Shown here one piece after another: positions 27,491 through 37,649 of a stretch of DNA of 64,000 nucleotides (the first letter of the stretch is position 1; each line of letters starts with the position of its first letter). The DNA comes from Longimicrobiales bacterium. GTDB lineage: Bacteria > Gemmatimonadota > Gemmatimonadetes > Longimicrobiales > Gaopeijiaceae. The translations under genes were made by a program, and so were the position numbers. Under the pieces are notes generated by a model. That model saw only the letters and a list, made by a program, of their open reading frames with translations, made no database searches and had not been told where the DNA came from. Location: the NCBI GenBank assembly GCA_965202985.1, contig CBDBCF010000002.1, positions 608,001-672,000 of the forward strand. Reading direction: 5' to 3'.

Positions 27491-28947
27491 CAGTGCGTGT
27501 AGTTCGGCGCCTCGCGTGTGATCGTCACGTCGTGCGGGTGCGACTCCCGGAGCCCGCCCGAGGTCACCCGCACGAACCGCGCCTTGGCCCGCAGCTCGGC
27601 CAAGTCGGCCGCCCCGCAGTAGCCCATGCCGCTCCGCAGCCCGCCCACCAGCTGAAAGACCGTGTCCGACACTGGTCCCTTGTAGGGCACGCGGGCTTCG
27701 ATCCCCTCGGGCACGAGCTTTCGCACCGCCGTGCCCGGCTCTTGGAAGTAGCGGTCCGCGGATCCCTCTTCCATGGCCGAAAGCGAGCCCATGCCCCGCA
27801 CCGTCTTGAAGCGGCGTCCCTCCAGCAGGAACGCCTCCCCCGGCGACTCTTCCGTGCCCGCCAGCGCCGAGCCCACCATGACGCAAGAAGCGCCGGCGGC
27901 CAGCGCCTTCACGATGTCGCCCGAGTAGCGGACGCCCCCGTCGGCCAGGACGGGCACCTGGTCCGCCACCCCTTGCACCGCGTCCAGAACCGCGGTGAGC
28001 TGGGGCACGCCGACCCCCGTCACGACCCGCGTGGTGCAGATGGAGCCCGGCCCCACGCCCACCTTGACCGCGTCGGCGCCCCGCTCCGCCAGGGCCGCCG
28101 CGCCCTCCGCCGTGCCCACGTTGCCCGCCACCAAGTCCACGTCCGGAAAGGCGTCGCGCAACCGGGCCACGGCTTGGAGCACCCCCTCCGAGTGGCCGTG
28201 GGCCGTGTCCACCACCACGAAGTCGGCACCGGCGTCCACGACCGTTCGGGCGCGGTCCACGTCTTCCTGCGCGGCCCCGACCGCGGCCCCGACCCGAAGT
28301 CGACCGTGCCTGTCCTTGCAGGCGCGCGGAAACTGCCGGCGCTTGAAGATGTCCTTCACGGTGATCAGGCCTTGGAGCCGCCCGCGATCGTCCACGACGG
28401 GCAGCTTCTCGATGCGGTGCCGGTGCAGGATCTTCTCCGCCTCGTCCAGCGTGGTGCCGGCGGGGGCGGTCACCAGGTCTTCGCTTGTCATGAGCGAGGC
28501 CACGGGGCGGTCCAGGTCGGACTCGAACTGGAGGTCGCGGTTGGTCACGATCCCCACCAGCGTGCCGCCGGGCTCCTCGACGACGGGCACGCCGCTGATC
28601 GAGAACCGGGCCATGAGCTGGTGGGCGTCCCGAAGCGAGGCGTCGGGACTCAGCGTGATCGGCTTGAGGATCATGCCGCTCTCGGAGCGCTTGACCCGGT
28701 CGACTTCCTCGGCTTGGCGCTCGACGGACATGTTCTTGTGGACCACGCCCACGCCGCCCTCGCGGGCCAGCGCAATGGCCATGCGGGCCTCGGTGACCGT
28801 GTCCATCGCCGCCGACGCCAGGGGCACCTGCAAGGCGATCCGTCGCGTAAGGCGGGTGGCGACGCTCGTGTCCTTCGGATGGACCCGCGAATGCCCCGGC
28901 ACCAGCAGGACGTCGTCGAAGGTGAGGGCTTCCTTGAGGACCGGCAT
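27490..28947 (-). CDS. guaB: IMP dehydrogenase
   Basis: [19 protein letters not shown] pair, [30 protein letters not shown]. Confidence 0.98.
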   Translation of the reverse strand: MPVLKEALTFDDVLLVPGHSRVHPKDTSVATRLTRRIALQVPLASAAMDTVTEARMAIALAREGGVGVVHKNMSVERQAEEVDRVKRSESGMILKPITLSPDASLRDAHQLMARFSISGVPVVEEPGGTLVGIVTNRDLQFESDLDRPVASLMTSEDLVTAPAGTTLDEAEKILHRHRIEKLPVVDDRGRLQGLITVKDIFKRRQFPRACKDRHGRLRVGAAVGAAQEDVDRARTVVDAGADFVVVDTAHGHSEGVLQAVARLRDAFPDVDLVAGNVGTAEGAAALAERGADAVKVGVGPGSICTTRVVTGVGVPQLTAVLDAVQGVADQVPVLADGGVRYSGDIVKALAAGASCVMVGSALAGTEESPGEAFLLEGRRFKTVRGMGSLSAMEEGSADRYFQEPGTAVRKLVPEGIEARVPYKGPVSDTVFQLVGGLRSGMGYCGAADLAELRAKARFVRVTSGGLRESHPHDVTITREAPNYTH

Positions 28948-28952
28948 TGGCC

Positions 28953-28982
28953 AAGCTACCCAGGAGCCGCCCGCGCCGTCAA
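28953..28982 (-). promoter_or_regulatory. Putative sigma70 promoter giving a leaderless guaB mRNA
   Basis: TTGACG-18nt-TAGCTT, 5 nt before the ATG, no Shine-Dalgarno. Confidence 0.6.
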
Positions 28983-29061
28983 CGGCTGGGCCAGTGGCGT
29001 CTCGTGGGCCGGCGGCCTCCCGGTGGTCGGCGAGGTCGAAGTTGCGAGTCGGCGCGCAGCG

Positions 29062-29481
29062 TCAAGGCTCGTCCGAGGACTCGTCGGAACGCCGGGTGCG
29101 CGCGACCTCGTCGACGGTTTCGCCCGGCCCGGAATCCGCATCCGCCTGTTCCGCCGTCGATTCGCCGGACTCGCCGCCCTTCACCCCGTCGGCGAAGTCG
29201 CCCAGGATTTCGCGGCCCGCTCGCGCAACGCCGCTCAAGGCGCGGTCCGCCGCCGCGATCAGCTGGAACGCCTCGCGGATGTTGGACGGGTTGAAGGCGC
29301 GTTTCCGGAGCCGGTCCTCCAGCCCTTCGGCCAAGCGCTGCAACCCCGTCGCCTGCTTCTCCATGTCCGCCTGGGCGTACTTGGACTCCAGAAACTCGAT
29401 GTAGTCCAGGACCTGGTAGACCTGGGCCTCGGGCAGACTCTCGATCTTCCGCTTCACGCGGGCCCACAACACGTCGTGCAT
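29062..29481 (-). CDS. Hypothetical protein, DUF2281-like N-terminus
   Basis: '[23 protein letters not shown]' resembles the DUF2281 pattern; coding-like codon usage. Confidence 0.6.
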   Translation of the reverse strand: MHDVLWARVKRKIESLPEAQVYQVLDYIEFLESKYAQADMEKQATGLQRLAEGLEDRLRKRAFNPSNIREAFQLIAAADRALSGVARAGREILGDFADGVKGGESGESTAEQADADSGPGETVDEVARTRRSDESSDEP

Positions 29482-29635
29482 GACTGGGAAGGAAGCCACA
29501 GCGGCCCGAGAAGGCAAGGCGGGCGGGCGCGGGGCCGTGCGCGTGTTACATTTGCCGGAACATCTTCCAGCACATGGTCCGCATCCCCTCGGTCCGTTCC
29601 TCTCCCCCCCGACCACGCCGCCCAGCGTCGCCGCT

Positions 29636-30484
29636 ATGCTGTCCACCAGCGAGTACCGCTTCCTGCCTTTGCGCGACGCGCCCATTCCGGAGCCCGTCCA
29701 GGCGCGGTACGACCGATGGATCGCCCGACTGGACGAAGAGTTGGCCGACCCCGGGACGGATCGCAACGAGTTTTGCCGGAAGGTGCTCCGCGAGATATAC
29801 CTTCCGGGCGGACCCGAGCTTCCGGGCGGACCCGAGGACGGCGACGGCGCACCGCTGGGCGCTCGGATACTGGCCGACCAGATGGACCCTCGGAACGTCA
29901 CCTTGGAGCCCGAATACTATGCCGAGACGGACTTGGACCGCTACTACCGGGTCAAGCCGCTGATCTGGCTTTGGGAGATGTTCGACAAGAGTCCGCTGGG
30001 AGAGAACGTCCATCTGGGGGTCAAGCTTCGGCGCATCCTCGCGCGACGGATCTTCAAGCGCTGCGGACGCAACTTCAAGGCGTTCCACTTCGTGAAGCTC
30101 ACCTTCGGCTACGGACTGGAAGTGGGCGACGACGTCGTGGTGCACCGCCACGTGCTGCTGGACGACCGCGGCGGGATCCGCATCGGAGACCGATCCTCCG
30201 TGTCCGACTACGTGAACGTGTACTCCCACAGCCACCACATCAGCGAGGGCCGGGAGGTGCGCACGCCGCAAACCGTGATCGAAGACGGCGTCCGCATCGC
30301 CTACCACGCCACGGTTCTAGCCGGCACCACCCTGGCGTCCAACTCCATGATCGGCGCCGGCGCTCTCGTCACGCGGGACACGAAGCCCAACACCGTGTAC
30401 GTCGGCGTGCCCGCCAAGGCCGTCGTGAAGAAGCCCCGGCGACGGCGCCGCCCCGCCACCACCGACCCGCTGGCGGACCGGTAG
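29636..30484 (+). CDS. Hexapeptide-repeat (left-handed beta-helix) acyltransferase
   Basis: LEVGDDVVV, IRIGDRSSV, YSHSH, VIEDGVRI, IGAGALVTRD, GVPAK. Confidence 0.85.
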   Translation: MLSTSEYRFLPLRDAPIPEPVQARYDRWIARLDEELADPGTDRNEFCRKVLREIYLPGGPELPGGPEDGDGAPLGARILADQMDPRNVTLEPEYYAETDLDRYYRVKPLIWLWEMFDKSPLGENVHLGVKLRRILARRIFKRCGRNFKAFHFVKLTFGYGLEVGDDVVVHRHVLLDDRGGIRIGDRSSVSDYVNVYSHSHHISEGREVRTPQTVIEDGVRIAYHATVLAGTTLASNSMIGAGALVTRDTKPNTVYVGVPAKAVVKKPRRRRRPATTDPLADR

Positions 30485-30503
30485 CCCTCCGCGTCACCCC
30501 ACC

Positions 30504-32087
30504 TCACATCCCCCAGACCGCGACCTCCGCCCCGCCCTCGGCCGTTCGGCTCTCGCGGAAGACCTTGTCGGCCCAGCTGCGCTCCTCGCTGCGGTCGAAG
30601 ACGACCAAGCAGCCCGCTTCGGCGTTGCAGCGGTCCATGTAGGCAGCCGTTTGCTCCACGCCTTCGGCCACGGTGCGCTCCAGGCTGCGGCGGCCGTGCC
30701 GAACCTTGCACTCGACCACGTACCTGCCCGTGCGCTGGTCGCCCGGCCACAGCACCAGCAGGTCCGTCCGTCCTCGGCCCAGGCCATACTCGCGCTCGAT
30801 TCGCCCGCCGCTGTTGACGACGCGCTGAAGGAACGCCTGCAACAGCAGCGGTGGCCCGGCCTCCTTGTACTGGAACCGCTCCATCCAGTGCTCGGAGTGC
30901 TCCCTGAAAAACTCCTGGAAGGCGTCCAGCAACTTGTGCATCTCCAGGCCGCCCTTCGCGTTCACGTACCACGCGGGATCGTGCGGAAGCTCCTCTTGGG
31001 CGATCCATGCAAGCTCGCGCGGCACCACCTCTGCGTAGATCGGGTTGGCGATCCGGACCGGCGGGTCCTGCGCCACCAGCCCCAAGTCCCGGACGTATTC
31101 CAGATCGCGTCCGGAGGACTCCGGCTTGTCCGTGCCCGCCAGCAGCGGCTCCACCACGCGTCGCACCCGCCCTTCCCGCAACTTGTCCGCCAGCTGGTCC
31201 AGATGCGTCTCGCGACGCGCGACCAGCGCCTCCTGGGCCGCCACTACGTCGTCCTCCTCGACCGGCCGCGAACGGTCCTCCGAACGCCCCCCGGCGAAGC
31301 ACGTCTCGTGTGCCAGTGCGTTGACCAGCCAGGGCTGGCCTCGGGTGCGCCGCCACACCGCCTCCTGCGCCGCTTGGGCAAACGCTTGTCCCGTCTCTTC
31401 GGTATGCTGCCCAAGAAGTTCGACGACCTCGGCGCGGGAGAAGTCGCCCAGCCGCAGCGACTTGGCCTTCACGTTGAAGGCGCTGCCCCCGGCCACCACC
31501 ATGTTGGCCGAGCCCGAGCGGATTCGATAGTCCCTGACGTCGCGGACCCCGCACAGCACGACGCTCTGGGGGAACCCATCGGGCCGGAGGTGGTAGCCCG
31601 CGCGCAGCTGCCGCAGCACTGCCAGCAGAGAATCGCCCACCAGTGCGTCGATCTCGTCGATCAGCAGAACCAGCGGCTTGTCGGTCGCCCGACTCCAGCG
31701 ACTCAGTGCAATGCGCAGGGCGCTGTGTCCGCCGGCCTTGGCCAGCACGTCGGGCCACAGTTCGCCCAGGCGCGTGTCGCCCAGCGCCTCGTGGGCCGTC
31801 TCGGCCAGCTCGCTCAGGACAGTCCGGATCGCGGCTTCCACGTCTTCGCGCGCCGTCATTGCGCCCTCGACGTTGACGTAGACGCAACCGTGGTCGCCCT
31901 CGGCGTTCAGAAGGTCCCGGAGCGCCAGGAGAGCGGAGGTCTTTCCGGTCTGCCGGGGCGCGTGAAGCACGAAGTAGCGGTTTCGCGCAACGAGCCGCCG
32001 GACTTCGGCCAGGTCCACGCGGTCCAGCGGCGGAATGTGGTAGTGGTCCTCCGCGACTACCGGGCCCTCCATGTTGAACTCACGCAT
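30504..32087 (-). CDS. AAA-like ATPase with C-terminal PD-(D/E)XK-like nuclease domain
   Basis: Walker A APRQTGKT, Walker B LLIDEID, GQPWLVNAL, C-terminal REYGLGRGRTDL..VVECK. Confidence 0.75.
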   Translation of the reverse strand: MREFNMEGPVVAEDHYHIPPLDRVDLAEVRRLVARNRYFVLHAPRQTGKTSALLALRDLLNAEGDHGCVYVNVEGAMTAREDVEAAIRTVLSELAETAHEALGDTRLGELWPDVLAKAGGHSALRIALSRWSRATDKPLVLLIDEIDALVGDSLLAVLRQLRAGYHLRPDGFPQSVVLCGVRDVRDYRIRSGSANMVVAGGSAFNVKAKSLRLGDFSRAEVVELLGQHTEETGQAFAQAAQEAVWRRTRGQPWLVNALAHETCFAGGRSEDRSRPVEEDDVVAAQEALVARRETHLDQLADKLREGRVRRVVEPLLAGTDKPESSGRDLEYVRDLGLVAQDPPVRIANPIYAEVVPRELAWIAQEELPHDPAWYVNAKGGLEMHKLLDAFQEFFREHSEHWMERFQYKEAGPPLLLQAFLQRVVNSGGRIEREYGLGRGRTDLLVLWPGDQRTGRYVVECKVRHGRRSLERTVAEGVEQTAAYMDRCNAEAGCLVVFDRSEERSWADKVFRESRTAEGGAEVAVWGM

Positions 32088-32178
32088 TGCTACAGCACCG
32101 CCGTCGCCAGTGGGGCCGGGTCGCCGGCAGGGCCGCGACGAGCTTGGCGACGCACCCGACCAAGCCGGCGAAGCACCG

Positions 32179-32910
32179 CTAGTGCGTGGCGTCGCTGCCC
32201 GTGAACGGGACCGCGTCCATCCGTCGGTAGATCGCCGACACGCGGCCGACCAGCAGCAGGGACGACGACTTCACCCGGGTGGAGGCGGGCGCGGCGCCGG
32301 CAGGCGGGCGGCCGATCGCGTACAGGGACATTTCGCCGCCGTTGCGACGCAGACGATAGTAGTCGTGGACGCCGCCCACTCGGGCCGCGACGACCTCGCC
32401 GGTGGACAGCTCTTCGGCCAGCACCGGTTCGATCACCAGGAAGTCGCCGTCTTCGATCCCCGCGGCGGCGAGCCGATTGCCGGGACATCGCACCATGAAG
32501 CATCCCTTGCCCCCCACGAGCTGTCGGTCCAGGGACAGGCTCGGGGGCGCCTGTCCCCGGCGGGCGCCGGTCCGACGACCGCTGGCGGCTTCCTCCAAGT
32601 CCCGGTAGCACGGCACCGTCACCGTCTGCGGGTTCAGGTCCAGGCCCACGATCCGCACTCCTCTGGATCGAGACGGGTCGCGCTCCAAGAACCCCTTGTC
32701 GGCCAGGGACTGAAGGTGCTCGGAGACGGTCTTGGTGCTCTTGATCCCGAACTGTTCGCCGATCTCCCGAATCGACGGCTGGTAAGTGTGGGTGCGCAGG
32801 TAGAGCACCATGAAGTCCAGGATGTCTCGCTCGACGCCCGTCAGCCTGGGGGCGACCCGAACCGCAGCGTTTTGGGAGGTGGGGACAGCTGGCTTCGGGA
32901 CGTGTCGCAT
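32179..32910 (-). CDS. lexA: LexA-like repressor with degenerate S24 peptidase domain
   Basis: LexA wHTH (LT..ERDILDF, PSIREIG..FGIKS, V.EHL..L..KGFLER...RSRG) plus an S24-like C-terminus (GIEDGDFLVI, GEVVAARV). Confidence 0.75.
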   Translation of the reverse strand: MRHVPKPAVPTSQNAAVRVAPRLTGVERDILDFMVLYLRTHTYQPSIREIGEQFGIKSTKTVSEHLQSLADKGFLERDPSRSRGVRIVGLDLNPQTVTVPCYRDLEEAASGRRTGARRGQAPPSLSLDRQLVGGKGCFMVRCPGNRLAAAGIEDGDFLVIEPVLAEELSTGEVVAARVGGVHDYYRLRRNGGEMSLYAIGRPPAGAAPASTRVKSSSLLLVGRVSAIYRRMDAVPFTGSDATH

Positions 32911-32950
32911 TCGGCGGGCGGAACGGGAACGGGCGAATCGGCAAGCGGGA

Positions 32951-32979
32951 ATGATACACGCCCGCTCCCCGGGGAGCAA
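32951..32979 (-). promoter_or_regulatory. Putative sigma70 promoter of the lexA-like gene with an overlapping 14-bp palindrome
   Basis: TTGCTC-17nt-TATCAT; perfect palindrome GCTCCCCGGGGAGC at 32964-32977. Confidence 0.5.
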
Positions 32980-34506
32980 TCAGTTCGACGCCTTCCGAAG
33001 CCGGGAGGCGGCCGCTTCCACCCGCCGAAGCGAGCGGTCCCGGCCCAAGATCATCAGCACGTCCACGATTCCGGGGCTGGCGGACGCCCCCGTCAGCGCC
33101 ACGCGCAACGGCTGGAAGACCTTGCCGGCACCCACGTTTCGTTCGCTGGCCAGCCCCCGCAACGCCTCCTCCAGGGGCTCCTCGCGCCAAGGAGCGCGGG
33201 CCAGCACCGCCGCGGCGTCCGTCAACAGGGCCGTGGTCCAGGCCGGGTCCCGCCGCCACGCCTTGCGGACGGCCTTGGGGTCGTAGCCTTCCAGCGGCGC
33301 CACGTAGGGGCGGGCCGCCTCCGCCATCTCGGCCAGGGTGCGGCTTCGGGGCGCCAGTGCGGCGACCATCCGCCGGAACGAGGCCTCGGGGAGGGCGGCG
33401 ACGGGCGCAGGGGCGGCGGCGGACGGAGCGGACCGAGGCGGGCTGGGCGACTCCGCCGCGAGCGCGGGCACGGGCGGCGACCCCGCAACGTGCCGGCCGT
33501 GCCCTGCCGTCCACTCGCGCAGCGCGGCGGCCAACTCCTCCGTCGTCATGCGGGCCATGTGCCGGCCGTTCAGCCAGCGGAGCTTCTCCGCGTCGAAGAC
33601 GGCCCCCTTCTTGAGGACGCGATCCAGCGAGAACCGGGACACGAGCTCGTCGGGCGACAGCAGCTCTTCGTCCGTGCCGGGCGACCAGCCCAGAAGCGCC
33701 AGGAAGTTGGTCATGGCGTCGGGCAGCACGCCCTGCGCCCGGAAGGCCTCCACCGACTGGGCGCCGTGCCGCTTGGACAGGCGCCGGCCGCCGGGCGCGA
33801 GGATCATCGGCAAGTGGCCGAACGACGGCGCCGGACGTCCCCAGGCTTGGTAGAGCAGGAGCTGCTTGGGCGTGTTGGAGAGGTGGTCGTCGCCGCGGAC
33901 CACATGCGTGATCGCCGCCTCCGCGTCGTCGGACGCGACGGCCAGGTTGTAGGTGGGCGAACCGTCGCTTCGCAGGATCACGAAGTCCTCGATCTCGGCG
34001 TTCTCGAAGCGCGCCGGGCCGTGCACCAAGTCGTCCCAAGCCGTCACCCCGTCGGGCACCTTGAAGCGGATCGCGCAGGGTTCGCCCGCCCGTGCCCGCC
34101 GCTCCCCCTCTTCGACTGAGACCCGCCCCGCCAGCTGCCGCGGCAGCCGCGCGACCGAGCCCTGCCCCGCCGCCACGGCCTCTGCCCGGGCCTGCGCGAA
34201 CTCCGCCTGCGGGGTGAAGTCCCGGTAGGCGCGGCCCGCCCCCAGCAGCGCCAGGGCGTCCCGTCGGTGCCGCTCCGCTCCGGCCGCCTGGAAGAAGGGG
34301 CCCTCGTCCCAGTCCAGCCCCAGCCAGGCTAGCCCGTTCACGATGGCGTCCATGTGCTCGGGGCGGCTGCGGTCCCGGTCGGTGTCCTCGATGCGCAGGA
34401 CGAAGGCACCCCCGTGCCTGCGGGCCAGCAGCCAGTTGAAGAGCGCCGTGCGGGCGCCGCCCACGTGCAGGGACCCCGTGGGCGAGGGGGCGAAGCGCAG
34501 CCTCAC
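32980..34506 (-). CDS. gltX: Glutamate--tRNA ligase
   Basis: RFAPSPTG, HVGG (HIGH), LRIEDTD, RGDDH, RLSKR (KMSKS), anticodon-binding domain; GTGA overlap with the RND stop. Confidence 0.95.
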   Translation of the reverse strand: MRLRFAPSPTGSLHVGGARTALFNWLLARRHGGAFVLRIEDTDRDRSRPEHMDAIVNGLAWLGLDWDEGPFFQAAGAERHRRDALALLGAGRAYRDFTPQAEFAQARAEAVAAGQGSVARLPRQLAGRVSVEEGERRARAGEPCAIRFKVPDGVTAWDDLVHGPARFENAEIEDFVILRSDGSPTYNLAVASDDAEAAITHVVRGDDHLSNTPKQLLLYQAWGRPAPSFGHLPMILAPGGRRLSKRHGAQSVEAFRAQGVLPDAMTNFLALLGWSPGTDEELLSPDELVSRFSLDRVLKKGAVFDAEKLRWLNGRHMARMTTEELAAALREWTAGHGRHVAGSPPVPALAAESPSPPRSAPSAAAPAPVAALPEASFRRMVAALAPRSRTLAEMAEAARPYVAPLEGYDPKAVRKAWRRDPAWTTALLTDAAAVLARAPWREEPLEEALRGLASERNVGAGKVFQPLRVALTGASASPGIVDVLMILGRDRSLRRVEAAASRLRKASN

Positions 34507-37500
34507 GCCGCCGCCGCGCGCGAGCGTCTCTCCTTGTGGCGTTCGAAGAGCAGGTACAGGGCCGGGGTCGCCGTCAGCACCAGGAAGGTGGACGACAGGA
34601 GGCCGCCGATGAGGGCGTAGGCCAGGGCGTTCCAGATGTTCGAGTTGGCCGAGTCGCTGAGCAGCACCAGGGGCAGCATTCCCAGGATCGTGGTCGTGGA
34701 GGTCATGAGAATGGGCCGCACGCGCTCCACCGTGCCCTGGACGATAGCCGGCTCCAGCCCCAGGCCGCGTTCCCTTCGGATTCGGCTGACGTGGTCCACC
34801 AGCAGGATCGCGTTGTTGACGACGATGCCCCCCATCATGATGACGCCGATCCACGCTTCGCGCGTGAAGTGGGCGTCGGTGAAGAAGAAGATCATGAAGA
34901 CGCCGATGAGCGCCATGGGGACGGCCAGCAACACGCAGAGCGGCAGCAGCAGGGACTCGAAGAGGGCGGCGGTGACCATGTAGACCAGGAAGATCGAGAC
35001 CAGCAGCACCAAGCGGAGCTGGGACTGCTCCTCGACCGACCAGCGCCAGCGGTCCGACTTCTTGACGGTGTAGCCGGGAGGCACCTCGGTGGCGTCGATG
35101 ACCGTGTTGTGCACCAAGTCGCCCAGCTTGTAGGGACCTCGGAACTCGTAGGCCACGGACCGCTCGTACTGCTGGTCTTCCCGGTTGATGTTGGCCAGCA
35201 CGTCGCGGGGCTCGATCTCGACCAGCTCGCCCAGGCGGACGGGCTGTCCGGAGGGGGTCACGACCAGGGTCTGCTCCAGCTCCAGCAGGTCCACCTCGCG
35301 GTTGCCCTCCAGCTTCACGTCGTAGCGGACCTCTTCGCCTCCGATCTTCATCGTGCTGAGGCTGACCTGGCCCATGACAGCCGCCTGGATCTGGCCCACC
35401 AGCTGGGAAACGGTCAGGTCGTGGCGAGCCAGCAGGTCCCGCTTCACGGCGACGGCGAACTCGGACGCCTTGTCGCGCTCGTAGCCCCAGCCGCGCGAAG
35501 CGTTGGTGTCCACGTCGCGAACGCGGGGCAGTCGGGTCAGACGGCTGCCCAAGTCCTCGGCGATGTCCCGCACCTTCTCGTAGTTGTAGCCCAGCACCTG
35601 AATACGGTAGGTGGGCGCCGACCCTCCGCCCCCGTAGAACGACGGGCCGAACCCGTACACGCGCACGTCCGCTCCCGAGAACCCCAGCGAGAAGGCGAAG
35701 AGCTGATCCTTGATCGCCACGGGCACCATCGTGTTTTCCAGCTCCTCCGGGAAGGTGACCCGCATTCGGGCACCTTCCTCTTCGACGTTGGCCGTGAACC
35801 TCTCCACCTCGGGCATCTGGCGCAGGCGCTCTTCGAAGTAGCGGGTCAGCTGGTCGGTGCGCTCCAAGTCCGAACCCCGGGGAAGTCGAATGTTGATGCT
35901 GATGTAGGTCTCCTGGCCCCAGCCCCCTCCCCAGATCCTGCCCCGCGTCACGTACTCGTCGAACAGGTACCAGGAACCGCCCAAGGCGCCCAAGCCCAGA
36001 CCCACCGTGAGCCAAGGCCAGCGCAGCGTGCGCGTGACCAAGCCTCGGTAGAAGCGCTCGTAGAAGGGGGGGCGGGCGGGCGGGTCGCCGGAGTCGGCGG
36101 AGGTCTCGCCGGGGGCGGGCGGCACGCCGGACGCGTAGGCGAAGCCCGACGCGCGCGATCCCGATCCCAGCGTCGGAAGCAGCTTCTTGACCAGAGCCGG
36201 GATGAAGGTGAACGCCACCGCCAGCGACGCCAGCAGCGTGAGGGCGACCACGATCGCCAGCGGCACGTAGAAGACGCGCAGCTCGTCCTGCATGTAGACG
36301 AACGGCACGAACACGATGAGCGTGGTGGCGGTGGCGGCCATGATCGGGAGGACCACGTGCGACGCGCCCTCGTGAATGGCCTCGTCGGGGGTGCGGCCCG
36401 ATTGCCATCGTCGATAGACGTTCTCCAGCACCACGATGGAGTTGTCCACGATGAGCCCGAACCCCATGGCCAGGCCCATGAGCGTGAGAAGGTTCAGGGA
36501 CAGGCCCGAGAAGTAGATCAGGTTGAGCGAAATGAGGATCGAGAAGGCGATCGTGGCGAAGACCACGACAGCGGACCGGAACGAGCGGAGGAAGAGCAGA
36601 AGGACCCCGAAGATCACGACCACCGAGACGGCGGCTCGGTTCCGCAGGTCCGACAGCTGGCGCCGGATCTGGCGGCTCTCGTCCCAGTTCAGGATGAACC
36701 GGGTGTTGGGCGGGTTCCGGAGCTTGACGGCGGCGATCCGCGCCTTGACCCCGTCGGCCACGCGCACCGTGTTGGCCCCGATCTCCTTGGTGACGTACAT
36801 GCTGACCGCGGGCCGTCCGTTCACCCGGTTGTAGCCCCGAACATCCTCGTAGGTGTCCCGGACGACCGCGATGTCGGCGACCCGGACGATGCGCCCGTCC
36901 CGGCTGTTCACCACGGCGTTCCGAATGTCCTCGGCGGAGCCGGGGCGGTTGCGGATCGTGACCGTCCACTCGCGCCCGCCGTCGCGGACGCTTCCGGCCT
37001 CGCGCACCAGGTCCAGGGACCCCAGCCGACCCGCCACCGCTTGGGGCGTGACCCGCATCGCCGCCATGAGTTCGCGGTTCAGCTCGACCTCCAAGAGGCG
37101 CTCCCGACCGCCGTAGGCCCGGACGGTGGCCACCCCCTCGACCCGGGCGAGTTCGGGGATCACCACGTCGTCCAGGTGCTGCCGCAGCGACTCCAGCGTG
37201 CGGGGACCCGTGAAGGTGTAGCTCAGCATGGGCCGTTGCGCGTCTTGGAACGCCTCGGGCACGTACGGCTCGATCAGCACGCGCCGCACGCCCGGCGGCA
37301 GACTCTCTTCCAAGGTGGCCAGCCGCTCGGAGAGGTCCAGCCGGGCGAAGTCCATGTCGGTCTCGCGGTCGAACTCCACCGTGACCCGAGCCCGCCCCTC
37401 TTGCGACACCGACGTGACCTTCTCCACGCCCTGGACCTGCTGGATCACGGCCTCGACCGGCGAGGTCAGGAACGCCTCCACGGTCTCGGGCGACGCGCCC

Positions 37501-37649
37501 GGCCATTCGCCCGCCACGTCGAGCCGAGGCAGACGCGCGTCGGGAAGCAGCTCGACCGGGATGTTCCCCCACGCCGCGACCCCCAGGAGCGCGACCGCGA
37601 AGTAGCCCATGGCGACGGCCACGGGACGGCGGATGCTCATGCGGATCAC
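34503..37649 (-). CDS. RND efflux permease (AcrB/MdtC-like)
   Basis: SIRRPVAV, GLIVDNSIVVLEN, GIVVNNAILLVD, RVRPILMT; 12-TM-type layout. Confidence 0.92.
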   Translation of the reverse strand: MIRMSIRRPVAVAMGYFAVALLGVAAWGNIPVELLPDARLPRLDVAGEWPGASPETVEAFLTSPVEAVIQQVQGVEKVTSVSQEGRARVTVEFDRETDMDFARLDLSERLATLEESLPPGVRRVLIEPYVPEAFQDAQRPMLSYTFTGPRTLESLRQHLDDVVIPELARVEGVATVRAYGGRERLLEVELNRELMAAMRVTPQAVAGRLGSLDLVREAGSVRDGGREWTVTIRNRPGSAEDIRNAVVNSRDGRIVRVADIAVVRDTYEDVRGYNRVNGRPAVSMYVTKEIGANTVRVADGVKARIAAVKLRNPPNTRFILNWDESRQIRRQLSDLRNRAAVSVVVIFGVLLLFLRSFRSAVVVFATIAFSILISLNLIYFSGLSLNLLTLMGLAMGFGLIVDNSIVVLENVYRRWQSGRTPDEAIHEGASHVVLPIMAATATTLIVFVPFVYMQDELRVFYVPLAIVVALTLLASLAVAFTFIPALVKKLLPTLGSGSRASGFAYASGVPPAPGETSADSGDPPARPPFYERFYRGLVTRTLRWPWLTVGLGLGALGGSWYLFDEYVTRGRIWGGGWGQETYISINIRLPRGSDLERTDQLTRYFEERLRQMPEVERFTANVEEEGARMRVTFPEELENTMVPVAIKDQLFAFSLGFSGADVRVYGFGPSFYGGGGSAPTYRIQVLGYNYEKVRDIAEDLGSRLTRLPRVRDVDTNASRGWGYERDKASEFAVAVKRDLLARHDLTVSQLVGQIQAAVMGQVSLSTMKIGGEEVRYDVKLEGNREVDLLELEQTLVVTPSGQPVRLGELVEIEPRDVLANINREDQQYERSVAYEFRGPYKLGDLVHNTVIDATEVPPGYTVKKSDRWRWSVEEQSQLRLVLLVSIFLVYMVTAALFESLLLPLCVLLAVPMALIGVFMIFFFTDAHFTREAWIGVIMMGGIVVNNAILLVDHVSRIRRERGLGLEPAIVQGTVERVRPILMTSTTTILGMLPLVLLSDSANSNIWNALAYALIGGLLSSTFLVLTATPALYLLFERHKERRSRAAAA

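Noticed and set aside
27493..30642. Other long antisense or alternate-frame ORFs (e.g. 27493-30642, 3083-6547, 34536-38135, 38096-42325)
   Set aside because: They overlap well-supported genes, lack motifs, and are expected at this GC content.
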